Part shown: positions 14,746 through 23,480 of the stretch, piece after piece
How the letters are laid out: each line of letters starts with the position of its first letter
How positions within the stretch are numbered: position 1 is the stretch's first letter
IMG/VR virus record: IMGVR_UViG_3300028840_008158
Strand: one strand, 5' to 3'
DNA length: 57,056 nucleotides
Source of the DNA: an uncultured virus (IMG/VR IMGVR_UViG_3300028840_008158)
Taxonomy: Duplodnaviria > Heunggongvirae > Uroviricota > Caudoviricetes
The notes under the pieces: generated by a model
What the model saw: only the letters and a program-made list of their open reading frames with translations
What the model was told of the DNA's origin: nothing
The model's database searches: none
Program-made: the position numbers and the translations under genes

Positions 14746-15212
14746 AGCCCAAGGCGACCAAGTTCGTCGTGATGGACGAGTACAGCGTGGCCAAGTACGA
14801 GTGCGACGAGCCTCACATAGTGATATCCATTCGGAGCCCTTCCGGCGAGCGGGTAAGGCTCCCCAAGAACGACTTGCGGATGGATACGCTATGGCTCGCC
14901 TTTCATGACGTCGACGATACCGAGGGGGGACAGCAGGCGCGCCACATGATCAAGGTCCTCCGAGAGGAACCCGTCATCTTCAGCCTCAAGATGGCGCGCA
15001 AGGTTTTGGACTTCGTCGAGCGGAACGCCGAGGCGACGACCATCGTCGTCAACTGCGAGGCCGGGATCAGCCGGAGCGCCGGGGTCGCCGCCTCCTTGTC
15101 CAAGGTCTTGACGGGCGACGACGAGGAGTTTTTCAGGAGGTATTGCCCCAATACCACGGCGTACAAGAAGATAATGAAGGAGGCGGTCAAGAAGTGGGTA
15201 TGGTGTCAATAG
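14742..15212 (+). CDS. protein-tyrosine/dual-specificity phosphatase-like protein
   Basis: VNCEAGISRS (Cx5R P-loop), FHD acid loop. Confidence 0.8.
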   Translation: MKPKATKFVVMDEYSVAKYECDEPHIVISIRSPSGERVRLPKNDLRMDTLWLAFHDVDDTEGGQQARHMIKVLREEPVIFSLKMARKVLDFVERNAEATTIVVNCEAGISRSAGVAASLSKVLTGDDEEFFRRYCPNTTAYKKIMKEAVKKWVWCQ

Positions 15213-15269
15213 CGAGCATGCGAGCCTTCCAAGCTCGAGGGGAGGGTGCAAGTCCCTCTACCCACACCA
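15194..15269 (+). tRNA. tRNA-Gly(TCC)
   Basis: CGAGC-CTTCCAA-GCTCG, ACCA; overlaps end of phosphatase ORF. Confidence 0.8.
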
Positions 15270-15612
15270 ACATCTCCTTTTTACGGATTTTATTTTGATT
15301 CGTTTCTTTTGTGGCTGAATGGATTTCGGTTTCCAGCCTTTCGGAAACTTTTTCTGGCAACAGGGGCATGGGACGTAGGGTCCGCCATCACATCCACAGT
15401 AGGCCATTTAATTTATCCCCTTGAAGGGTCGCCACTCGTTGGGCGCTCCCATCAAAACGCGCCCATCAAAAATGGAATCCATGATCAACCGATTCATGCT
15501 TCGCTGCGTTTCTTTCCCATGGGCGAAGGCGTCGTTGGCCTTCCGCAATATCTTGATTCCGTAGCCGACCTCCAGGGAGCAAAGCACGACGGGAAAAGCG
15601 CCGCTGTACATC

Positions 15613-15642
15613 AAATTGGTCCTCAAGAAATTGGTCCTCAAG
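15613..15642. repeat. 15-bp tandem duplication AAATTGGTCCTCAAG x2
   Basis: exact direct repeat. Confidence 0.8.
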
Positions 15643-15921
15643 CTAGTTCTCCCCGTAACGCGTGTTCTCCGTCCGGATCGCCTTGACCGCCTTCTGGACT
15701 AGCGGATCCCGTGACAGCTTTTTCTCCTCGTCGGGGGTCGCCTTCCGGGTGGTCAACCGATTGTCTTCCTTGACGATGAACATGAACGGCATCGCGCACT
15801 TGATGCATAACCCCACGTCGCCGTCCGTCGGCATGACGCCTTCGTCCCCCACCTCGGTCACCCTGTCGTTCGTCTTCCCGCAATACGGGCACACATGTTT
15901 CCCGACGTCGAAACTGTCCAT
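15643..15921 (-). CDS. Zn-finger hypothetical protein
   Basis: AGGAGAGG RBS, CPYC and CIKC; TATAAT upstream. Confidence 0.6.
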   Translation of the reverse strand: MDSFDVGKHVCPYCGKTNDRVTEVGDEGVMPTDGDVGLCIKCAMPFMFIVKEDNRLTTRKATPDEEKKLSRDPLVQKAVKAIRTENTRYGEN

Positions 15922-16027
15922 GACCTCTCCTCCTTTGGCGAGATTATAGGGGGTTATGGACAATGCGCAACAAGGAGTACGGTTTCCGTTCTGGGTATAC
16001 CATCGGTAGGGCAGGAGAGGAAAGCGC

Positions 16028-16471
16028 ATGGACATCTCGAACGAGGCCCTAATGGTCGCATTGGCCGTCGTAACCGCAGTGGTTGGGGCGGGTTGGGCCA
16101 TATATAGGTTCATTCGAGGAATCGACAAGCGCGCCTCCGAGAAGGAGCTCGAGGCTCGCGAGAACAAGGTCGACAACCGGATGAAGGCCATCGAGCACCA
16201 ACAGGAGGACATCCGAAGGGACGCCGAGAAGTCGCTCAAGAACGTGAGCGACAAGTTCGCCCTGGAAAGGGACAACCTGTTGTTGAAGATCGGAGCCCTG
16301 GAGAAGCAAGTCGACGCGCTGTCGTCCAAGCAGTCGCGAGACTACGTCAGGCACGACGAGATACTCAACGACATCAGGGAGGTTCTCGCCGACGTCCGGG
16401 AAACCGTCGCGGGGTTCGGGAAGGATTTCGTGACCCGCAAGGAGTTCATGGAGGGGAAGCGGGATGATTGA
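16028..16471 (+). CDS. N-terminally membrane-anchored coiled-coil protein
   Basis: hydrophobic helix then charged heptads; GGAGAGG RBS. Confidence 0.7.
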   Translation: MDISNEALMVALAVVTAVVGAGWAIYRFIRGIDKRASEKELEARENKVDNRMKAIEHQQEDIRRDAEKSLKNVSDKFALERDNLLLKIGALEKQVDALSSKQSRDYVRHDEILNDIREVLADVRETVAGFGKDFVTRKEFMEGKRDD

Positions 16472-16844
16472 AGTCCTTGTAGTTGACCCGAACAAGGTTT
16501 ACGCGGGAATGATCAAGACCATCCTGATGGAGCAGCTCAAGGACGCGTCCGTCGACGTGGCGGGCAACATCCACGAGCTCAAGCGCAGGCTGAGTCAGTC
16601 CAACTACGACCTCGTCCTCGCTGACCTGTCCATCTCGATGGACGGGGACGAGATGAAGGACATCCTTCAGGGGGAGGTCGCGCCGGGCTCGATCATCTTC
16701 TGGTCGACCCTGGAGCGCAAGGAAGGCATGATCGAGAAGCCTTCCACCCGATTTGAGTTGAAGGACGCCATCAATTCGGTGTTGCAGGATACCCACGAGA
16801 TAAGGATCAACCTCGAAGAGACGCAACTCATGATCAGGCCATGA
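16464..16844 (+). CDS. single-domain response-regulator receiver-like protein
   Basis: VLVVD, YDLVLADL...DG, KP motifs. Confidence 0.7.
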   Translation: MIEVLVVDPNKVYAGMIKTILMEQLKDASVDVAGNIHELKRRLSQSNYDLVLADLSISMDGDEMKDILQGEVAPGSIIFWSTLERKEGMIEKPSTRFELKDAINSVLQDTHEIRINLEETQLMIRP

Positions 16845-17724
16845 GGAACGGCTTCCCGGCCCGCGTTCCTTCCACCTGGGGAACCTGGCTGTACCCGGCC
16901 TTCGCCAGGTCCTTCCTGACCTTCTTCACGATCTCATCCAACGGCGTGCTCTGTGGTTGCGACGTAAGTTCCGTGTAAAGGAAGTGAGACAGCGCGCCGC
17001 AGGGCTTTCCGTTGATCTCGGTATCGGACGCCGTCTGGTTGGACCGGCAGGCCGAGACGAATCCGACGTCGAGCTTGCCCGCCGTCGCGGCCCTCGCCAG
17101 CCTCGTCCGGCGATGCGTCCGTCGCCCTAGCTTGGCCATGATCTCGTGGGGCGGCTTGAGGAATCGAGCTCGCTCGGGGGTCGGGGTCATCCCCAAGGAC
17201 GCGAACAGGGACATGTGCCGCATGGACCTTTGCAGGTCTCCGCTGTGGCAGCTATCGCTGACCCAGTTGAGGAGGACGCCCTTGGGCATCGGCGCGAGGA
17301 TCGAGTAATACGCCTTGTCGGTGATCATCTTGTTGGGCGTCCAATCGAAGTCGACCGGGACGATGACCTCGGAGAGGCCGTCCGCCTCGTTCGCGTTGGG
17401 GTATTGGGTCCCGTGCCCGCTGAAGTGATGGAAGCGCCTGTCTCCCGGTAGGGCTCCCGAGGCGAGCCAGCGCAGGCCGTCCATGATGTTCTCGGTCGTG
17501 GCGTCCTTGTCCAGGAGGACGAGGATGTCCGAGCTCTTGAGTCCAAAGTGGACGATGAGTATCTTCTTGATCATCTTGACGTCGTTGACGCAACCATACA
17601 GGGGGGACGTCCGGTAGGCGTTTATGCCGACGAGGAACGCCTTGTGCCCGCGTCCGGTCGCCGGCAGGTTCAACGTCCGCTGGCCGAGGAGTCTACGGAA
17701 AAGTTTTCTCAGGAAGAACCACAT
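16834..17724 (-). CDS. second metacaspase (peptidase C14)
   Basis: KAFLVGINAY, LYGCVND, HFSGHG, SDSCHSG; clear paralog of 702-1580. Confidence 0.9.
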   Translation of the reverse strand: MWFFLRKLFRRLLGQRTLNLPATGRGHKAFLVGINAYRTSPLYGCVNDVKMIKKILIVHFGLKSSDILVLLDKDATTENIMDGLRWLASGALPGDRRFHHFSGHGTQYPNANEADGLSEVIVPVDFDWTPNKMITDKAYYSILAPMPKGVLLNWVSDSCHSGDLQRSMRHMSLFASLGMTPTPERARFLKPPHEIMAKLGRRTHRRTRLARAATAGKLDVGFVSACRSNQTASDTEINGKPCGALSHFLYTELTSQPQSTPLDEIVKKVRKDLAKAGYSQVPQVEGTRAGKPFLMA

Positions 17725-17979
17725 GGGGGAGCCCTCCTTCCCACTGTGTCTTTCTAAGAGGGCGTTACTTTCTCCTGCCACCAACCTTGGATACCTTCCA
17801 CCCGTATTCCGGGCTGTCCCGGTCCGATATGACGTTGCCGACGACGGCGTCCTTCTCGGGGACCCAGGCGACCCGCGTGGCCCCCCCGTACTTCAGGACG
17901 CATTGCCTTTCCATGGGATACCCCCCCGTATAATGAATGTCCTCGGGACCACGTATGATCCCCTCTAAAGGAGAAGACG

Positions 17980-18363
17980 ATGGCCGAACCAAATGATGGC
18001 AAGAAAAAAGAAGAGGAGATCGACGCCGAGCTTGCCTCCATTCTCTGGACGAGCCTCACGAACATGATGTCATGGGTCATGTTCAGGGCCATGCTCGAGG
18101 CTCGCGAGGAGTCGGACGCGAGAGAGATGGTTGATCGCATCCTGTCCGAATGGCGCGGGAAGCTCATGACGGACGTCAACCTGAAGATCAACGATCTCGC
18201 CAACTTGCGCCAGTCGTTGCCGGGTAACCTGTTCTCCGGGATGCTGCCGGACGAGGAGCAGACGAGGGTGAAGTTCGCCAAGTCGATCAAGTCCGTCGAG
18301 GGCTTGGCCAGGCAGATGTTGTTCTCGAAGCCCTCGGAGGAGGGGGAGGAGGAAACCTCATGA
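17980..18363 (+). CDS. hypothetical protein
   Basis: AAGGAG RBS, TATAAT upstream. Confidence 0.65.
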   Translation: MAEPNDGKKKEEEIDAELASILWTSLTNMMSWVMFRAMLEAREESDAREMVDRILSEWRGKLMTDVNLKINDLANLRQSLPGNLFSGMLPDEEQTRVKFAKSIKSVEGLARQMLFSKPSEEGEEETS

Positions 18364-19325
18364 ACAGGATCGCGTTGGCCGTCCTGATGTTGATCCCGCT
18401 ATGCGGTTGCCTGGACGTCAAGCCAAGGACGGGGAACGAGGGCAATGACACCGTCGTCCAGCCTGCCCCAGACGTTCACGTGAACGTGCCGCCACCCCAG
18501 ACGGTCGACCAAGAGGAGGTCAAGTCCGAGATTCGCAAGGCCGCGAGCGACGTCAAGACGGAGGTCAGGTCATCGGCGAACAACACCCAGAGCAACATGT
18601 CTGGCCTCGTCAACGCCTCGGTCTCTAAGCTGGGGGAGGAGATCACCGGGGTCAAGGCCGAGATCGGGGATGTCCAGACCGACGTCACGGGCATCAAGTC
18701 AGAAGTCGGCGACATCAAGACCGAGGTTACCGGGGTCAAGGCCGAGATCGGGGATGTCCAGACCGACGTCACGGGCGTCAAGTCAGAAGTCGGCGACATC
18801 AAGACCGAGGTTACCGGGGTCAAGGCCGAGGTCGGCGACGTCAAGACCGAGGTCACTGGGGTCAAGGAGATGGTCAACGACATACGCCTTGAGGTCGGCA
18901 AGATCAACGCGCTGGGGCAGGCGGGGATCAACAACAAGCTGGAGCAGATAGAGGAGCACGTCAAGAACAATGCCGGACGCGACGTCAATTACCTGCCCCG
19001 GGAGGCCGTCAAGCTGATGATCGGCATCATCACGGCCCTCTGTGGCCTCGCGACGACCATCGTGATGGTCCTCGGGCGCAACGCGAGGATCAGGGAGCGC
19101 GAGGAGGCGGACCGGGAGCGAGAGAACGTGAAGTACTGGCAGGGGGTCGCGATGAAGGCGATCGGCGCCCTCGACCCGGACAAGAGCAAGGACATCGGGG
19201 CTCCTAGAAGCCTCGGAACGCCCCCGCGCCCTTCATTTTCGTGGATCGAGACCGCTTGCAGCGCGCTGGTCGTGGTCTCGTTCGTGGCTTTCCTCGCCTA
19301 CCTGATGTGGGGGCTCATCACGTGA
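18360..19325 (+). CDS. lipoprotein with heptad-repeat coiled coil and two C-terminal hydrophobic segments
   Basis: lipobox LCGC; repeats TGVKAEIGDVQTDVTGIKSEVGDIKTEV. Confidence 0.75.
   Translation: MNRIALAVLMLIPLCGCLDVKPRTGNEGNDTVVQPAPDVHVNVPPPQTVDQEEVKSEIRKAASDVKTEVRSSANNTQSNMSGLVNASVSKLGEEITGVKAEIGDVQTDVTGIKSEVGDIKTEVTGVKAEIGDVQTDVTGVKSEVGDIKTEVTGVKAEVGDVKTEVTGVKEMVNDIRLEVGKINALGQAGINNKLEQIEEHVKNNAGRDVNYLPREAVKLMIGIITALCGLATTIVMVLGRNARIREREEADRERENVKYWQGVAMKAIGALDPDKSKDIGAPRSLGTPPRPSFSWIETACSALVVVSFVAFLAYLMWGLIT
18645..18867 (+). repeat. 84-bp tandem repeat built from 21-bp heptad units
   Basis: units start 18645, 18729 and 18813 (partial); near identical. Confidence 0.85.
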
Positions 19326-20209
19326 TAATACGAAGGGTCAGCCTGGAGAACTTCCGCTGGGTCAAGGAAGGGACGTTCGAGTTCGGGACGGACTTCACCT
19401 GCCTGTTGGGTGGCAACGGGGAGGGAAAGACGACCGTCCTGGACGCGATATCCCTGTGTTGCTCGAGCCTGGACTTCGCCGGGGAGATCGGGGCCATCGC
19501 CAAGGGCGAGGACTGGTCCCCGACGGCCACCCCCAAGCAGAGGCGAGACGCCTACCTGAGGCGTAACGTCCGGGCGTTCTGGGACAATAACCCGACGGGC
19601 TTCCGGGTCGAGACGACCATGGAGCACGAGGGCGAGACGCTCGAGGTCGTCCTGACGGAGAAGGGGTTCGAGCGCAACGACATCCTGGAGAAGCCGTGGT
19701 GGTGGGCTGGCTTGACTTACTACGCCAAGTTCGACTCCGACATGGTGAACTTCCAGTTGAGACACGACCTCTGGCCCGCGTTCGCGGACGCCTTCGAGGG
19801 GGTTACGGGCATCCCGGTCGAGCCGGAGGTCATGACGGACGACGAGCTCGAGGAGCTGGGGGAGGACTCTCGCGTCGTGACGGGCTTCTTCCTGCTGAAG
19901 GGTGGGTTGCGCATCCCTTCCCGATACGCGTCCTCGGGGGAGAAGAAGATAGGGAAGACGCTCTCGCAGGTCGTCAACCTGGAGAAGGAGCGTCTTCCGC
20001 ACGTGGTCCTCGTCGACGAGATCGAGAGGCATGTTCATTACAAGAGGCACCTGGCGATGCTGGAGAACCTGAAGCGCATCTTCGCCGGGATGCAGGTCAT
20101 AGCGACGACGCATTCGACCGTGGTGATGGACAGGTACGAGCCGAGGTCCCACTTATTAGACGTGGAAGAAGCCTGCCATGCGCATGCTGGTAACCGGAAA
20201 GGAAAGTAA
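19322..20209 (+). CDS. ABC-type (AAA_21/SMC-like) ATPase
   Basis: LENFR, Walker A GGNGEGKT, SSGEK signature, Walker B VLVDEIE, TTHS. Confidence 0.85.
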   Translation: MIIRRVSLENFRWVKEGTFEFGTDFTCLLGGNGEGKTTVLDAISLCCSSLDFAGEIGAIAKGEDWSPTATPKQRRDAYLRRNVRAFWDNNPTGFRVETTMEHEGETLEVVLTEKGFERNDILEKPWWWAGLTYYAKFDSDMVNFQLRHDLWPAFADAFEGVTGIPVEPEVMTDDELEELGEDSRVVTGFFLLKGGLRIPSRYASSGEKKIGKTLSQVVNLEKERLPHVVLVDEIERHVHYKRHLAMLENLKRIFAGMQVIATTHSTVVMDRYEPRSHLLDVEEACHAHAGNRKGK

Positions 20210-20212
20210 GAC

Positions 20213-20794
20213 ATGGAAATTCCAAAGGCCGAAGTCGACGTCCTGAAGTGCGCGGAGGAGGTCAAGGCGTACATCCAACGCGAGAAGTTCAACCTGATCG
20301 ACTCGGACAAGACGGCCATCGAGGCGTGGCCCGCCCCGGATGACCCGTCGACGCCCGAGCTATGCAGGTTCAGGGATCAGCACGAGGACCTCTTCGCCTA
20401 CATCTCCACGTTGGAGGTGGCTGACGACGGGACCGGCTACCCGTTCGAGCTGGCGAACGAGTTCAAGTCGGTCGTGGCGGCCATCGAGAGGGAGGTCAAC
20501 TCCGACCATCGCTTCTGGGAGGAGCTCCGCGAGGAGGTCATCCCTCTTTACGGGAAGATGAGGGTCACGCGGGAGAAGGACGGCTCGATGAGCTTCAAGG
20601 AGATCGACGACGGCAGGGACAGCCATTGGAGCAAGCGGTGGAAGAGCGCGGAGCTCTTCTACGACCCGATCCCCGAGGGCGTCAAGACGACCATGAAGTA
20701 CAAGAACTACAGGACGGGCGAGATGAAGGCCGGGTCCGAGAAGACCATCTCCGACAAGGTCATACCGGCGGGATTCGTGATAAGGATAAAATGA
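20213..20794 (+). CDS. hypothetical protein
   Basis: long ORF in operon context. Confidence 0.65.
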   Translation: MEIPKAEVDVLKCAEEVKAYIQREKFNLIDSDKTAIEAWPAPDDPSTPELCRFRDQHEDLFAYISTLEVADDGTGYPFELANEFKSVVAAIEREVNSDHRFWEELREEVIPLYGKMRVTREKDGSMSFKEIDDGRDSHWSKRWKSAELFYDPIPEGVKTTMKYKNYRTGEMKAGSEKTISDKVIPAGFVIRIK

Positions 20795-21132
20795 TGGGCA
20801 CGAAGATCATCATGACGTCCGCGTGGAAGAACACGGAGGTTTGCAACAACTGCGGGAACGTCAACGATTACTTCTTCGATGCCCCCTCCCCGCTTTGCGA
20901 CAGTATCGGGCGCCCTCTGGACCGCGGGGAGGACTGGAGCCTCCACCGCCCGTGCCCTAACTGCGGGAAGAAGGACAGCAAGGAGAAGGTCGTCAGGGTG
21001 GTCTACATCATGAAGGGCAAAAGGAAGTGGCTTTTCTGGAGGGAAAAGCATTTCAGCCGATACTTCGAGGAGATGACGGACGACGGCCCCAGGGTATTGC
21101 CCAAGGGGCCCTACAAGAAGGAGGCCCCATGA
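20791..21132 (+). CDS. Zn-ribbon hypothetical protein
   Basis: CNNC, CPNC. Confidence 0.55.
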   Translation: MMGTKIIMTSAWKNTEVCNNCGNVNDYFFDAPSPLCDSIGRPLDRGEDWSLHRPCPNCGKKDSKEKVVRVVYIMKGKRKWLFWREKHFSRYFEEMTDDGPRVLPKGPYKKEAP

Positions 21133-21530
21133 ACGCGGAACAAAAGATGGTTCATGAGTTCCATGAAACCTTCGGCAGCACGATCAACGACAAACCGACG
21201 ATTCCCTCCCCACGGGACGTCGGGCTGCGAAAGGCGCTGATAGCGGAGGAGGCGCGGGAGTTCGAGGAGGCCGCGGACAAGGGGGACCTCGAGGAGATCG
21301 CCAAGGAGCTCGCCGACATCCTGGTCGTGACCTACGGGGCGGCCGTCACGTACGGCATCGACATGGAGGAGGTGTTCCGCGAGGTTCACAGGTCGAACAT
21401 GAGCAAGGTCTGGGAGGACGGGACCATCCGCCGGAGGGAGGACGGGAAGGTCCTGAAGCCCCCGACCTACTCCAAGGCGAACGTCGGACCGATACTTTCC
21501 GCGCAATCTGGATTGACAAAACCCGTGTAA
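21129..21530 (+). CDS. MazG-like / PRA-PH family NTP pyrophosphohydrolase
   Basis: EEAREF, KELADILVV, EVHRSNMSK, DGKVLKP. Confidence 0.85.
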   Translation: MNAEQKMVHEFHETFGSTINDKPTIPSPRDVGLRKALIAEEAREFEEAADKGDLEEIAKELADILVVTYGAAVTYGIDMEEVFREVHRSNMSKVWEDGTIRRREDGKVLKPPTYSKANVGPILSAQSGLTKPV

Positions 21531-21540
21531 GGGGTAGTAT
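21513..21540 (+). promoter_or_regulatory. sigma70-like promoter upstream of HNH gene
   Basis: TTGACA-16 nt-TAGTAT. Confidence 0.55.
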
Positions 21541-21564
21541 TCGGGCGGGAAGGCGGTGATCCTG

Positions 21565-22212
21565 ATGAGCAAAAACATCCTGGAGGAGCATGTCCTGGTG
21601 CTGAACAAGCATTGGATGCCCATCGGGGCATGCACGGTAGCCGAGGCGTTCAATCGAATCGCCAGCGGGAACGGCAGGTTTCTCGATCCCGAGGACTACT
21701 CGCTCAACGACTTCGAATCGTGGATCGAGAAGGAGCCGGTCGACGGTCGCATCGTCAGGACCGCGTGGCTACAGATTCGGGTACCCGAGGTCATGATCCT
21801 GAGGTCCGGGAAGATGCCCGAGATCAGGCAGATGGCGTTCAGCCGCAGGAACCTGCTGCGCCGGGACCGCCACATGTGCCAGTACTGTGGCGACACCCCG
21901 CATCCACGCTACCTGACGATAGACCACGTCACCCCTCGGAGGAGGGGGGGCAAGTCGACGTGGGAGAATTGCGTCATCAGTTGCGTCGGTTGCAACCGCA
22001 GGAAGGCGGACCGGCTGCCCTCCGAGGCGGGCATGAAGCTCCTGCCGCGCCCGGAGCTGAAGTCGCTGTTCCCGGAGACGCCCAAGAAGTGGGCCGTCCC
22101 CTACCAGCCGGCGTGGTCTCCGATCTTCAAGGTGAATCCGGAGAAGATCAGGCCCGCCTGGAAGTCCTTCGTCGGCAACGTGGGGGGCAAGTTCGAGCCG
22201 TGCTCCCCGTAG
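21565..22212 (+). CDS. HNH endonuclease
   Basis: VLVLN, RDRHMCQYCG, TIDHVTP..GG.STWEN.V.SCVGCN. Confidence 0.9.
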   Translation: MSKNILEEHVLVLNKHWMPIGACTVAEAFNRIASGNGRFLDPEDYSLNDFESWIEKEPVDGRIVRTAWLQIRVPEVMILRSGKMPEIRQMAFSRRNLLRRDRHMCQYCGDTPHPRYLTIDHVTPRRRGGKSTWENCVISCVGCNRRKADRLPSEAGMKLLPRPELKSLFPETPKKWAVPYQPAWSPIFKVNPEKIRPAWKSFVGNVGGKFEPCSP

Positions 22213-22904
22213 GACTGTCGTCCGTCTCCATCGGCCCCGTCGAGCTAAGGTTCGCGGGGCTGGGGACGGGCGATTCCCTCCTCGTCGGGTCCTTCGGATG
22301 TCCCCTCCGATGCCGATTCTGCATGAACCATGACGTCAGTCATCGAAAGCCCATGGTCGTTTCCATGGACTGCGCGGAATGGATCGCGGGGCGCGCTCGC
22401 GGATTGCGGGGCGTTATCTTCACCCATTCCGAGCCGTTGGCCGTCCCTTCCCTCGTGGAGGATGTCCACTCGATGGCGAATGGGTTCGTCGCGGCCAAGA
22501 CATCGGCCCACTGCGAGCAGGACGAGTTCGAGTCCTTCCTGGGCTCCGTCGACGCCGTGAACGTGGACGTCAAGGGGGACGACGAGGCTTACCATGAACT
22601 TTGCGGGGGCGATTTCGTGAAGGTCATGAGGAACGTCGAACTGGCCGTCAACGCGAGGAAGATCGTCGAGTTGACCTTCCTGGTCATCCCCGGCATGGAG
22701 GACGGCCTCGAGCGAGCCATGGAGTGCGCCTCCGAGGTCGCCCCCGACGCGACGGCTTGGGTTACGGGTTTCGTACCGTCGAACCGGATGATGGACTGGC
22801 CGATGGCGCGACGAGCGGACGTCGACGCGGCGGCGGAGCGTCTTTCCGGGCTGTTCAAGGAAGTCAGGAACCATCACTCGAATCCAGCAGCGGAGGACAG
22901 GTGA
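22200..22904 (+). CDS. radical SAM protein (PFL-activase/AmmeMemoRadiSam-like)
   Basis: GCPLRCRFCMN, FTHSEP, DAVNVDVKG; start uncertain. Confidence 0.75.
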   Translation: MLPVGLSSVSIGPVELRFAGLGTGDSLLVGSFGCPLRCRFCMNHDVSHRKPMVVSMDCAEWIAGRARGLRGVIFTHSEPLAVPSLVEDVHSMANGFVAAKTSAHCEQDEFESFLGSVDAVNVDVKGDDEAYHELCGGDFVKVMRNVELAVNARKIVELTFLVIPGMEDGLERAMECASEVAPDATAWVTGFVPSNRMMDWPMARRADVDAAAERLSGLFKEVRNHHSNPAAEDR

Positions 22905-23206
22905 TGGGTTGGGCGAGCAGACACATCGAGAAGCTCGGGAACGGAGAGGCCGTGTCCTTTCGTCCTCGCGGCAATTCCATGAAGGGGCGTATCGAGTGCG
23001 GCCAGCTTTGCACCGTTGAGCCCGTCGAGTCCTCGTCGTTGCAGGTCGGCGACGTGGTCCTTTGCAAGGTCAAGGGCAACGAGTACCTGCATATCATAAA
23101 AGCCATGGACGGGAAGAGGTTTCAGATAGGGAACAACAAGGGCAGGATCAACGGTTGGATCGGTCCTGGCTCGATATATGGAAAGCTGGCGTCGGTGGAG
23201 GATTGA
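22904..23206 (+). CDS. S24/S26 peptidase-like small protein
   Basis: GNSM motif, VGDVVL. Confidence 0.6.
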   Translation: MGWASRHIEKLGNGEAVSFRPRGNSMKGRIECGQLCTVEPVESSSLQVGDVVLCKVKGNEYLHIIKAMDGKRFQIGNNKGRINGWIGPGSIYGKLASVED

Positions 23207-23207
23207 C

Positions 23208-23480
23208 ATGCTATACGACTACGAATGCGAGTCATGCGGGGTGATCGAGATCGACAAGGACATGGATGATCCGGACCCCAAGATATGCCCCAAGTGCAAG
23301 TCCAAGCTGACCAGGATATTCGGATGCAACGTCATGCAGGGAAACCGGCCCCCTTGGACGTACAAGGACGCCCTGAAGTACAAGACGTGCTCATTCAACG
23401 GCGGTCCCAAGGTCAAGATCGACCCGAAGAAGCATGGCGACGTGGGTTCCTGGAACAGCCCAGGAGAGGTCGTCAAGTGA
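23208..23480 (+). CDS. FmdB-family zinc-ribbon protein
   Basis: YDYECESCG...CPKC...LTRI. Confidence 0.75.
   Translation: MLYDYECESCGVIEIDKDMDDPDPKICPKCKSKLTRIFGCNVMQGNRPPWTYKDALKYKTCSFNGGPKVKIDPKKHGDVGSWNSPGEVVK

Noticed and set aside
3540..15269. Stop-codon reassignment or suppressor tRNAs
   Set aside because: No CTA, TTA or TCA anticodon found; long genes read intact in the standard code and TAA, TAG and TGA all act as stops.
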